From a virus, in IMG/VR virus record IMGVR_UViG_3300022602_000033: 64,000 bases of DNA; one strand, written 5' to 3'. Every line of letters begins with the position of its first letter. The first letter of the stretch is position 1. Shown piece after piece: positions 9,824 through 18,360 of this stretch. Under the pieces are notes generated by a model, which saw nothing but the letters and a program-made list of their open reading frames with translations, was not told the origin of the DNA and ran no database searches. The position numbers and the translations under genes were made by a program.

Positions 9824-10942
9824 TTAGAGCTCCGCAAACAGAGCGTAGTCAAAATCATAGCCGGCTCCTAATACCAAAGGGGTATTCGATAGTGCTATGT
9901 AACCATAGCCCTGAGCACCCCAGTTTGGATAACCGCCTATGTTCAATGCAGCAGTTGCTCCGCTAACCGTGGTGCGCACTTGATTGGCAGTGCTGTTGTT
10001 GTAAATCTGCACCGTGCTGGGAGCAGCACGCATGGGCACAGAGCTGGATAACCTCGTGGTGATGCCACTGGTAGCATAGGCAATGCCGCTGGCTGTTCCC
10101 ACAGCCAGAGCGCTGGTTATTGGACTATATGTGGTGAAATAATACCGTTGGCACATGCTCAGCTCAACACCGTAGTTTCTGCGCTCAAATGTTGTGGCTA
10201 CACCACCTGGCTCCAGCTGCACACCGGTAATGTATAACACAGCTCCCGATGTAGCCACAGTGTTCACCGCACCAACAGCCGACCAGTACGAACCGCTAGC
10301 CCAGGCTCCTGCTGTCCCTTGATAGGTCGAACCAGTACCTAGATTCAAGTTCACATATAAACCAACACCATTGGTGGTCAGCCAAGTTCCTGCTCCGCCT
10401 GTGTCGCCGGGTATCACTATTGTGAAATACTGCCAAGTGTTAGCTGCAGATATGGTATATAGGAAAGGATAGCTCCTCGAACCTGCATAATTCACTATAG
10501 CACCACCATAATTGCCTTGGAGGTTGCTGTAGGCCCAGAAGCTGATCGTCACAGTCTTGGCCAAACCAGTACCCCAGGCTAGGTCGCTGATGTTGTATCC
10601 CTCTATTGGTTGCTGTAGCAATATGAGATCACTGCTTACCGGTGAATAAGCACTGAGCGATGTCATTCCCAGATAATTGGTGTAACCAGATGGCGTTGTG
10701 ACTGAGCCGGCATTCTGTTGAGCAGATAGCTTGCTAGCTTGGCTGGAGTAGATGCCCCATCTGTCAGTGATATATGTCCTTACGCCTGTTGCGGTTACAG
10801 TGACACTGGCTCCAGCATTCCTCTGATCTATGACCATTGCGCCGTTGATTATGCGGTTGCGGAAACCTGTGTAGCCAGCCGTGCCCTGTGTGCTTGCGTC
10901 GTTGAAGGTGATGCCTGCCTGTCCGTCTACTATGGTGGTCAT
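9824..10942 (-). CDS. Fibre tip/adhesin with beta-sandwich domain
   Basis: FRNRIINGAMVIDQRN...GVQLEPGGVATTFERR...ELSMCQRYY, shared with 1092..2933. Confidence 0.8.
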   Translation of the reverse strand: MTTIVDGQAGITFNDASTQGTAGYTGFRNRIINGAMVIDQRNAGASVTVTATGVRTYITDRWGIYSSQASKLSAQQNAGSVTTPSGYTNYLGMTSLSAYSPVSSDLILLQQPIEGYNISDLAWGTGLAKTVTISFWAYSNLQGNYGGAIVNYAGSRSYPFLYTISAANTWQYFTIVIPGDTGGAGTWLTTNGVGLYVNLNLGTGSTYQGTAGAWASGSYWSAVGAVNTVATSGAVLYITGVQLEPGGVATTFERRNYGVELSMCQRYYFTTYSPITSALAVGTASGIAYATSGITTRLSSSVPMRAAPSTVQIYNNSTANQVRTTVSGATAALNIGGYPNWGAQGYGYIALSNTPLVLGAGYDFDYALFAEL

Positions 10943-11274
10943 TGCGTATCACCCTTGGGATATTGAGCCTTGACAGTGGCCAAAGTGGTATAGAAGTCAC
11001 TGGTCTTGTCCAGCTTGCCCTGATCAAGGGCATGCCACAGCATGTCCAGCTGATCATTGATGCTGGGATAAGCTCTGTATCGATCCGTCCTGTATGATTT
11101 GGAATCATAGTCTGCTTGCAGCCTTGCGATCTCCGCCGCAATCTCATCGCGCGTTGGCATAACTTGCGTGTCATCAAGCCACTGCAGTTGATCATAGTCT
11201 TCAGACAACATGCTCCAAGCAGCGCCTGGTCGCAGGCTGAGCAGTGCATCAGTGGTAGTAGCCTGTTTATTCAT
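10939..11274 (-). CDS. Small fibre chaperone (XkdW-like)
   Basis: ALLSLRPGAAW...PTRDEIAAEIARLQ...AYPSINDQLDMLWH...VKAQYPK. ATGA overlaps on both sides. Confidence 0.7.
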   Translation of the reverse strand: MNKQATTTDALLSLRPGAAWSMLSEDYDQLQWLDDTQVMPTRDEIAAEIARLQADYDSKSYRTDRYRAYPSINDQLDMLWHALDQGKLDKTSDFYTTLATVKAQYPKGDTQ

Positions 11275-11987
11275 TGTGCTATCTCCATGACCGTTATGGT
11301 GCTCAAGGGCATACCATCATAGTCAGTGCCGCCGTTCTGGTATGTGGTCTGACGATTCACATACACTGTAGGACTACCGCTGTAACCACGCAGCTGCACG
11401 CCATAGGTCAGGGCGCTGGTTGTGGCTGGTGTGTCTATGTGCTGTCCGCCAAGCATTCCCATCCTGTACTGTAGGTCACCAGTGGCCTGTCCGCTGTACA
11501 TGTTTATGCGACCAGTCACGCCAGCACGACCGCCTTCAGCTGAACCTATCACACCGCTTGGCACTGATCCGTTGCGCAGGATCTGATATTGCTGCTGGTA
11601 ACCATCTGCGGTAGGATCAACACCCACATACATGTTAACCATCACAAGGATCTTGCTGGTATTGCTGGTTGGTGTTATGGTCACGGACAGACCTGTGACG
11701 GTGACCCAGTAGCCGCTTCCTGATGCACCCAAGGCCGTGAATGAGGTTCCCAAGCTGCCCTGCAGGACCTGCAGTATAGTTCCAGCTGGCATGCTAGCGC
11801 TGCTGATGCCACGCGCTGCTACGTTGAGAGTGTTAACAGAAATGCCACCCATCGTGACATTGCTGTTGCTGTTGATGGTCATGGCCACGTTACCAGTGCC
11901 TAGACCAGTGCTGAAGGTCATGTTGCCTGAGTTGTCAGGTGTGATGATCAATCCCGTGCCGGGCACTGCCTGAAGGTTAACGGCCAT
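11271..11987 (-). CDS. Short fibre/adhesin subunit
   Basis: MPAGTILQV..GLSVTITPTSNTSKILV...DTPATTSALTY.VQ...STITVMEIAQ, a common phage fibre C-terminal domain. Confidence 0.75.
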   Translation of the reverse strand: MAVNLQAVPGTGLIITPDNSGNMTFSTGLGTGNVAMTINSNSNVTMGGISVNTLNVAARGISSASMPAGTILQVLQGSLGTSFTALGASGSGYWVTVTGLSVTITPTSNTSKILVMVNMYVGVDPTADGYQQQYQILRNGSVPSGVIGSAEGGRAGVTGRINMYSGQATGDLQYRMGMLGGQHIDTPATTSALTYGVQLRGYSGSPTVYVNRQTTYQNGGTDYDGMPLSTITVMEIAQ

Positions 11988-11999
11988 GTGTGCTCTCCA

Positions 12000-12392
12000 T
12001 CATACTATGACCCATCTGCTGCCGCTCTGTACTGTGACGTTGGCACCGGTGGCTATGGTGAGGTTGCCCACGCTGAGCGCATTCTTGCCCACAGGCACCA
12101 CGTATGGCGCGTTCACGCTCTGGCCAAAGGTCTGCACAGCGCCACCTGGGCTGCTGCTGTAGTTGGTGCTGTTGAGATTGCCAGTGATGTCCAGCACATA
12201 CTGTGGTACTGCGCTGCCTATGCCCACGTTGCCCCAGAACACTGCTGCGGCCTGGGTGGCTGTGCCAGCCACTGTGAGCGCACCATAGATGCTGCTGGTA
12301 CCCATGCCCACGCCGCCGCCAGTGGTGATCAGCTGCGTGCCACCCACATGCAGGCCATCCGTGTCTAGCCAAAGCGTCTGGTTGGTGGTCAT
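12000..12392 (-). CDS. Small fibre adaptor-like protein
   Basis: Ends in VPVGKNALSVGNLTIATGANVTVQSGSRWVIV, a motif seen in multi-fibre phage loci. ATGA overlap with 12389..14518. Confidence 0.65.
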   Translation of the reverse strand: MTTNQTLWLDTDGLHVGGTQLITTGGGVGMGTSSIYGALTVAGTATQAAAVFWGNVGIGSAVPQYVLDITGNLNSTNYSSSPGGAVQTFGQSVNAPYVVPVGKNALSVGNLTIATGANVTVQSGSRWVIV

Positions 12393-14518
12393 GGGTCAAG
12401 CTCCAACGTGCTAATTCGTGCTTCCAGTTTCTCTATCTGACCCTGCTGTGCTTTCACAGCTTCGATCAGCAGCGCTGTGAGCTTTTCATACTGAACTGTG
12501 AGGTAGTGCTCCCCGCTCTTGCTTGTACCATCATCTGCACGATCAAAAGGTGCTAATTTTACTGCTTCTGGCAGCACAGATTTCACTTCCTGCGCTATCA
12601 CACCCACATCGCGGCTAGCTGTGTTAACCACTTGGTTATCAATTGCCAGCTGGTTCCAATCAAAGGTTATGCCTCGCAGTGACAGCAACTTATGCAAGGG
12701 ATCTTCTATCAGTTCCACGTTGGTCTTGAGGCGCTTGTCGCTGCTATATGCCGTGACCTCACCTGTAGCACTGAATCCACCTGTAACTGTCTGTCCGCTT
12801 GTCACTGTGTCTATGAGATAGCGCCATGCTTGCCAAGAGCCAGCACCACCAACATTACTAGGATTGCCACCGCGTGTCAGCAGCCTACCTGAGCCATAGT
12901 CGCCGACTATCTGCGTGATTGTGTCGGCATAGCCATGCATCACCAATACTTGACCATAATTGACACTGGGACCGTTTGCGGTTGGAATATCAAACCTATA
13001 TATACCAGACGAAGTGATGGTATTGAAATCCTGATTAGCCACATACCCATTGACAGGTATTGGGTATCCGCCTGCGGTGGTCACATTGCCGTTAGTTATA
13101 GTGATTGCGTTGGGGAACGTCACCGCAGAGCCGCTCACTTGCATGAATGCTGTGCTGTTGGTAGCAAAGCTGGCAGTGCCAGCAGTGCCGCCGCCTATGG
13201 CTTCGTTGTTGAAATAGAAATAGTTGCTGCCAGCATTCCAGATGAGGTTGCCGCCGCTATCAGCTCGCATGTAGCTCTTCTGAGTGCCGGCAAATGCAAA
13301 GTTGATGTTGGTCTGTCCGGGGCTGCTGCCATTCTGGAACTGCAGGTGATAGTTGGCATTCTGCGTGTTGTTGTTGCGAGTCACGTCCAGCTGTGCGCCA
13401 GGCGTGAACGTGCCTATGCCAACCTGTCCCTGTATGCTGGCACCGTTGGTGTTGGTCATGGGTGCGAAACCAGCGTAGTTGTTGCCTATGGCCACGGCAC
13501 CGTTGATGTCCATGGCGTTCTGCGGCTGCGTGATGGCGTTCACGCCCACCCTGTAGTTGCTGCTGGTGTAGCTCCATGCCAGTGCTGGAGATGTTGCTGC
13601 GCTGGGACCTAACCTCAGATAGCCCACAGCAGTGGCAATGCTGGGATCATAGCCCACGATGGTGCCAAATGCAGCAGTGTTGCCCACTGCCACTTCTTGG
13701 CGTGCTGCGTTGCCAGGGCGAGTGTTGAACAGTATCCAGTCAGTGCCATACACGCTGACTATGTTGGGCGGTGTGGCTGTGCCTATGCCCAGCCTCTTGT
13801 TGCTGTTGTCCCAGAAAAAGTTTGTGCTGTCGCCCAAGAACGTGTTGCCGGTGCCCGCAAACTGCACCGTGCCGGGTAGACCGTAGCTGGGGGTGCTTTG
13901 CGCAGCTGTGGTCTGCTTGGTGCCGTCAGTGAATATCACGCCGCTGGTGGTAGTGGCTGTGTTGGCCAAAACCACGTTGCCGTATATCCAGAGGTTGGCA
14001 CTGTTTGGTGTGGTGGTGATGCCCACTCCGTTGGCAGTGCCTATGCCCACTGCACCTGTGAAAGTGCTCACAGTGCCGCCCACGTTGAGGTTACCACCAA
14101 TGCCCGCACCGCCTGCGTTTATGAATGCACCTGTGGTGCTGTTGATGCTGGCATTTGACCCAGTGATCTGTAGGTTCTGGCCAAAGCGACCATAGATGTT
14201 GGCTATGAGCACGTTGGTCTGTTCTGTGCCCAGCGTGTTCACATTGCCAAACGTGGCAGTGCCGTTGCTGATCAAGCTGCTGAACACAGCCACGTTCTGC
14301 GTGGTAAAGCCCTGCCTAAAGCTTGCACTAACGTTGACGTCAAAAGGACCCAGCGGAGCAGTGGTTCCCACGCCAATCTGGTTGGTGCTGGGCACAGCAA
14401 CCATGCTGCCGCTGGCAGTCACAGTGCCACCGTTGCCGGTGATCATGATCTGGTTGGCAGGATACTGTGTGTTGTTGTCCGTGCTGGCCATGCCAGGAAA
14501 CGGGACGAAATCTACCAA
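12389..14518 (-). CDS. Tail fibre with pyocin-knob-like domain and S74 chaperone (TTG start)
   Basis: GAGGAG RBS before TTG. DFNTITSSGIY...TITQ...GSWQAWR knob. YSSDKRLKTNV...VGVIAQEV...[14 protein letters not shown]74 domain. Confidence 0.85.
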   Translation of the reverse strand: MVDFVPFPGMASTDNNTQYPANQIMITGNGGTVTASGSMVAVPSTNQIGVGTTAPLGPFDVNVSASFRQGFTTQNVAVFSSLISNGTATFGNVNTLGTEQTNVLIANIYGRFGQNLQITGSNASINSTTGAFINAGGAGIGGNLNVGGTVSTFTGAVGIGTANGVGITTTPNSANLWIYGNVVLANTATTTSGVIFTDGTKQTTAAQSTPSYGLPGTVQFAGTGNTFLGDSTNFFWDNSNKRLGIGTATPPNIVSVYGTDWILFNTRPGNAARQEVAVGNTAAFGTIVGYDPSIATAVGYLRLGPSAATSPALAWSYTSSNYRVGVNAITQPQNAMDINGAVAIGNNYAGFAPMTNTNGASIQGQVGIGTFTPGAQLDVTRNNNTQNANYHLQFQNGSSPGQTNINFAFAGTQKSYMRADSGGNLIWNAGSNYFYFNNEAIGGGTAGTASFATNSTAFMQVSGSAVTFPNAITITNGNVTTAGGYPIPVNGYVANQDFNTITSSGIYRFDIPTANGPSVNYGQVLVMHGYADTITQIVGDYGSGRLLTRGGNPSNVGGAGSWQAWRYLIDTVTSGQTVTGGFSATGEVTAYSSDKRLKTNVELIEDPLHKLLSLRGITFDWNQLAIDNQVVNTASRDVGVIAQEVKSVLPEAVKLAPFDRADDGTSKSGEHYLTVQYEKLTALLIEAVKAQQGQIEKLEARISTLELDP

Positions 14519-14535
14519 AGTGCGGCTCCTCGAGG

Positions 14536-14564
14536 TTGCTGGATATTTATCCGTGGTATATACT
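14536..14564 (+). promoter_or_regulatory. Sigma70-like promoter TTGCTG-N17-TATACT
   Basis: 17-nt spacing, followed by AAGGAG and ATG 14584. Confidence 0.6.
14544..14549 (-). promoter_or_regulatory. Late promoter core TAAATA (GGAT-AAAT-ATCC)
   Basis: Upstream of TTG 14518. Lies inside the spacer of a divergent sigma70-like promoter. Confidence 0.7.
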
Positions 14565-14583
14565 AGTTACAAGGAGACTTATC

Positions 14584-15042
14584 ATGCACATACACCAAGT
14601 GATGACAGCAGCCAGTTACAGGATGGTTGAGGGGCGCGATTGGATCTGGGATTGGCTGGGCAAGAACTGTCGCGAGATACTGTTTGAAAGCTGGGGGCAA
14701 CATGACAATGACGAGCATTTCCCTGTGAGCGCCACCTTCAGCGCAGCCGATGGCTCAGTCAAGCAGCTCACGGTAGAGACCGGCGCAGGTTTCTATAGAT
14801 GGATAGCGCCCGATTGTCACCCAGGTTACATCTTGGCCTGTGCCGATCTGGGTGAGAAACCCTGGGCAGAACCAGACCTTACCTGGGTCCATGACGCTGA
14901 TGCCATGGTGGCCATGATAGCACCTGCGCTGCATCCTGAGCGTCGACCCAGTGACACCGATGAAAGCTATCGCTGGGACAGCGGTGATATCGACATGGAT
15001 GTTGAGCACGAAGAAACCGGCGACATCGCAGTAAATCCCTGA
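14584..15042 (+). CDS. Hypothetical phage protein (start corrected to ATG 14584, 152 aa)
   Basis: Strong RBS AAGGAG and its own promoter. Fills the gap between two minus-strand genes. Acidic C-terminus. Confidence 0.75.
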   Translation: MHIHQVMTAASYRMVEGRDWIWDWLGKNCREILFESWGQHDNDEHFPVSATFSAADGSVKQLTVETGAGFYRWIAPDCHPGYILACADLGEKPWAEPDLTWVHDADAMVAMIAPALHPERRPSDTDESYRWDSGDIDMDVEHEETGDIAVNP

Positions 15043-15044
15043 TC

Positions 15045-18000
15045 TTAGGCCTGGGCTTCCTGCCAGCTCAAGCGAGCCTGGATGTTCTTGGAACCAGTGT
15101 CGATGTTCTGGCACACCACTGACAGCACGTCTGGTCCGTCTGGGTAAACCTGCTGACCAGCCGTGTTGTTGGTACCACCGCCCAGGATTGAGTTACCCAG
15201 ATCTCGCACGATGGTGAGATCCTGCTGTGTCACTGCGTATGCGCTACCGCCTGCTGTGGCTGCGAAGAACGCGAACACTGGTTCACCGCCTGTGATGGTG
15301 GTTCCCACTGGATGATAGGCCACCTGTGCCAGGCTTGATCCGCCTACTGGTGCAAAGTTGGTGGTGGTTGGTGCTGCGACCACACCGTTCAGTACCAGAG
15401 TCATGAGGAACAGTCCGTTGGAAGCAATGTCCATCTCGTAGGGCACCAGCTGCATGTGATTGATCAGCTCTTGCCTACCCAGCGTGCTGGTCTGACCACC
15501 CTGCACGCTCGGTCCGATGCGCAGGCTCATCAGCGCTGATCTTTGGTTCTGTCCCACTGAAATAGCACCAACCATACCCGCGATGAACACGTAGGATTTG
15601 TCGTTGTCAAACCTGCCATCCATGATAGCAGAAGTTCCCCAGTGTGCTATCTGCGGTGTGAAGAACGGTGCATGCTGCTGTATGCCAATGGGCTGCGTGG
15701 CACTATAGGTGTGAGTGGCATTGGCATTGGCCATGGCCAGCGTGCTCATGGTTATGGTACCAGTGGCAGTTGGTGCTTGGTTCAGTGTCATGGTGTTGGG
15801 TGCACCATAGACCACCTTCTGTATGTAGGTATTGCTGGGTATGCCAGTGCCTGTGACATACATGCCAGCCTGCACGTTGGTCACGCTGGTGCTGGTGGTC
15901 ACGTTGCAGTTACCACTGGTTGTGTTCACAGCAGCCACGCTGGTAGCAGTCTGACCACGTGTAGTAACGTTGAAGCTGGTAGCTGTTACTGTGTCATAGC
16001 TGACATATTCTTGGTTGTTGTAATCCTTGATCAGCAGTATGCCACCAGTTGACGGGAAGGCTGCAGTGTTGGCCACGTTCAGCGTGGTAGCACTTGCTGC
16101 AAAGGTCTGCGTGAGCTGAGTCTCAGGCACTTCGTTGTTGACCTCATAGTGGCCCGGCAAGTTGCCTGAGCGCATGTAAGACAGATACTGTATGTTGTTG
16201 TGCTGCAGCTTGTGAGCATAGTAGATCTGTCCGTCCACGGTGCGCACGCCCCAGCGCACGAAACCTGCACCGTACCAGCTGTAGTCCACATACCACATCT
16301 GTATCTTGGTCAGGTCAATGGCATAACCGCTGGGTCCTGTACCATCTAGCCTGTCTATGTTGAAGCTGCTCTGTATGATCCTGTTGTCCTGCACCTTGCT
16401 GACCTGTGCCTGGCTGATGGTCGCGCCGCGATAGGGCGGTGTTATGGTCATTGAAGTGTTGCTGAGTATCTGCAGCACACGATAGGTCTGCCCACGTATC
16501 ACTATGTAGTCGCTGGGCAGTACCTGAGTGCTGAACACCGGAGTGGTACCATCTGGACCTGTGATGCCAGTTACAACACTGGATCCCTGCGTCACTGACA
16601 CGTAGCCGCTCAGCTGTTGAGTGGCACTGCGACGCACTGCGTAGAGGTTCTGACCGTCGTATTCCCAGAACAGGCCGTTCTGCTGTTCAAACAGTCCCAT
16701 GCGTACCTTGCTGCCATACCAGCTGTTTGGACCCAGATTTGGTATGCCCGTGAGCGTGGTTGAACCCAGCGTCTGCTGAGCGTAAACGTTGATGGTGTAA
16801 GCATCGGGTGTCTGCTGCACAGTATAGGCTGCAGCATAACCACTGGTGATACCGTTGATGTTGGTAGCACCCACACCGCCAGTTACTGTTGCCGTATTGC
16901 CCACGTAGATGTTGGCACCAGCTGATAGATAATGAGGTGTCTTGGTCTTGATGGTTATCAGTGCACCGGGTGCAGTGGTGTTGGCAGTGACTGTATCAAC
17001 TGGTATCTGTGGCTTTACGATCGTGCCCGTGCTGACCTGGATGCCCTTGCCTGACTGATAGCGGAACCACCTGCGCGTCTGACGTATCACAGCCACGTTG
17101 TGCGCAACTGGATTGCCTGTGGTGAAGAACACACCGCCATCAAAAGCCCTGTGGCTGATCACCAAGTCCGTGCGTGGTATCACGTTGGCCACGTTAGATC
17201 CGCTGGCAGGTGTGGCATTGAGGTTCACCGTGACGTTGCTGTCATTGGTAAATCCTGTCACTGTCCATGATCCGTTGAATGTGGCCACGTTGCTGTTGCT
17301 TACCATGATGCCATTGCCAACCTGCATGCCGTGCGGTTGTGCGAATGCAAAGGTTGCCTGAGTGCCTGAGAAGGTTATGTTGCTCACGCTTGGATTGAGC
17401 GCATAAGCAGTCCCAGTATACAGCGCACCTTGGTACACTGTCGTAGCACTGGGATTGAGTATGCTGCCCGTGGTTCCAGTGAAAGCATATCTGGTAGTGG
17501 CTACCAAACCGTTGCCGTATTGGTTGGTGTTTTCTATCATGAAGCTGCCATTAGCACCAGCAAAGTTGGTGTCGCTGACGAACATGGGCTGACCTGCGAC
17601 TGGCAGTGATTGATTGGTGTAGCTGAATGCTGCACCACCACCTGCGTTGAGTGCGTTTGCTACCAATGTCACGCTGGTATCGCTGTTGATGACTGCCACA
17701 GAGCCGATTGGCAGTAGGCTGCTGTTAAACATGTAGAAACCAGTGTTCAGCTGCTGAGTGAACAGCGTGTTAGTACCTGTGACTGCGTTACCGCTGGTGC
17801 TTATGGTGCCTGTTCCTGCAGTGAAGCCCACGTTCACGGTGAACGTGGTGCTGCCGTTGGTGGCATTGATGTCATTGATAGGCAGAGGAGTCTGGAAGTT
17901 TACGTAGTAGCTGGGCTTGTTGTTGGTGAGGCCTATGGTCTCCCACTTGGTTGGCTGCAGGCCGTATTCAAAGTCAGTGTCGATCAGCGCCTGTGGTTCT

Positions 18001-18338
18001 GAAACACGCTGCTTGCCCACTGGATCCAGCTGCGTTTCAAACGGTGTCACATAGTCCTGCTGCTCATCAACCAGGATCTGCAGCTGGTCAGTGCTCTTGA
18101 AGCCGCTGCCCGTGGTGTTGTAGGCCACGGTGATGTTGGTGATCACGCTGCCAGGATTGGTGTTATAATCATAGGCAAATGTGGCCAGCAGGTTGGGATC
18201 GCTGAAGTTGTATATCACCGTGTTGTTGGTCACGTCCGTGATCAGCAGCAAGCGCTGCTGCGCTATGTATCCAGGTATGCTGACCAGCTTCAGAGCCGGT
18301 GTGAAGGTGTAGTATACCTGTGGTGTTACGCGACGCAT
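15045..18338 (-). CDS. Large virion structural protein (baseplate/fibre-base type)
   Basis: 1097 aa with DPVGKQRVSEPQALIDTDFEYGLQPTKWE, IRQTRRWFRYQSGKGIQ and IAHWGTSAIMDGRFD motifs typical of large myovirus structural proteins. RBS AGGAG. Confidence 0.8.
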   Translation of the reverse strand: MRRVTPQVYYTFTPALKLVSIPGYIAQQRLLLITDVTNNTVIYNFSDPNLLATFAYDYNTNPGSVITNITVAYNTTGSGFKSTDQLQILVDEQQDYVTPFETQLDPVGKQRVSEPQALIDTDFEYGLQPTKWETIGLTNNKPSYYVNFQTPLPINDINATNGSTTFTVNVGFTAGTGTISTSGNAVTGTNTLFTQQLNTGFYMFNSSLLPIGSVAVINSDTSVTLVANALNAGGGAAFSYTNQSLPVAGQPMFVSDTNFAGANGSFMIENTNQYGNGLVATTRYAFTGTTGSILNPSATTVYQGALYTGTAYALNPSVSNITFSGTQATFAFAQPHGMQVGNGIMVSNSNVATFNGSWTVTGFTNDSNVTVNLNATPASGSNVANVIPRTDLVISHRAFDGGVFFTTGNPVAHNVAVIRQTRRWFRYQSGKGIQVSTGTIVKPQIPVDTVTANTTAPGALITIKTKTPHYLSAGANIYVGNTATVTGGVGATNINGITSGYAAAYTVQQTPDAYTINVYAQQTLGSTTLTGIPNLGPNSWYGSKVRMGLFEQQNGLFWEYDGQNLYAVRRSATQQLSGYVSVTQGSSVVTGITGPDGTTPVFSTQVLPSDYIVIRGQTYRVLQILSNTSMTITPPYRGATISQAQVSKVQDNRIIQSSFNIDRLDGTGPSGYAIDLTKIQMWYVDYSWYGAGFVRWGVRTVDGQIYYAHKLQHNNIQYLSYMRSGNLPGHYEVNNEVPETQLTQTFAASATTLNVANTAAFPSTGGILLIKDYNNQEYVSYDTVTATSFNVTTRGQTATSVAAVNTTSGNCNVTTSTSVTNVQAGMYVTGTGIPSNTYIQKVVYGAPNTMTLNQAPTATGTITMSTLAMANANATHTYSATQPIGIQQHAPFFTPQIAHWGTSAIMDGRFDNDKSYVFIAGMVGAISVGQNQRSALMSLRIGPSVQGGQTSTLGRQELINHMQLVPYEMDIASNGLFLMTLVLNGVVAAPTTTNFAPVGGSSLAQVAYHPVGTTITGGEPVFAFFAATAGGSAYAVTQQDLTIVRDLGNSILGGGTNNTAGQQVYPDGPDVLSVVCQNIDTGSKNIQARLSWQEAQA

Positions 18339-18360
18339 TGCCTGCTCCTGTTGATTGTGA

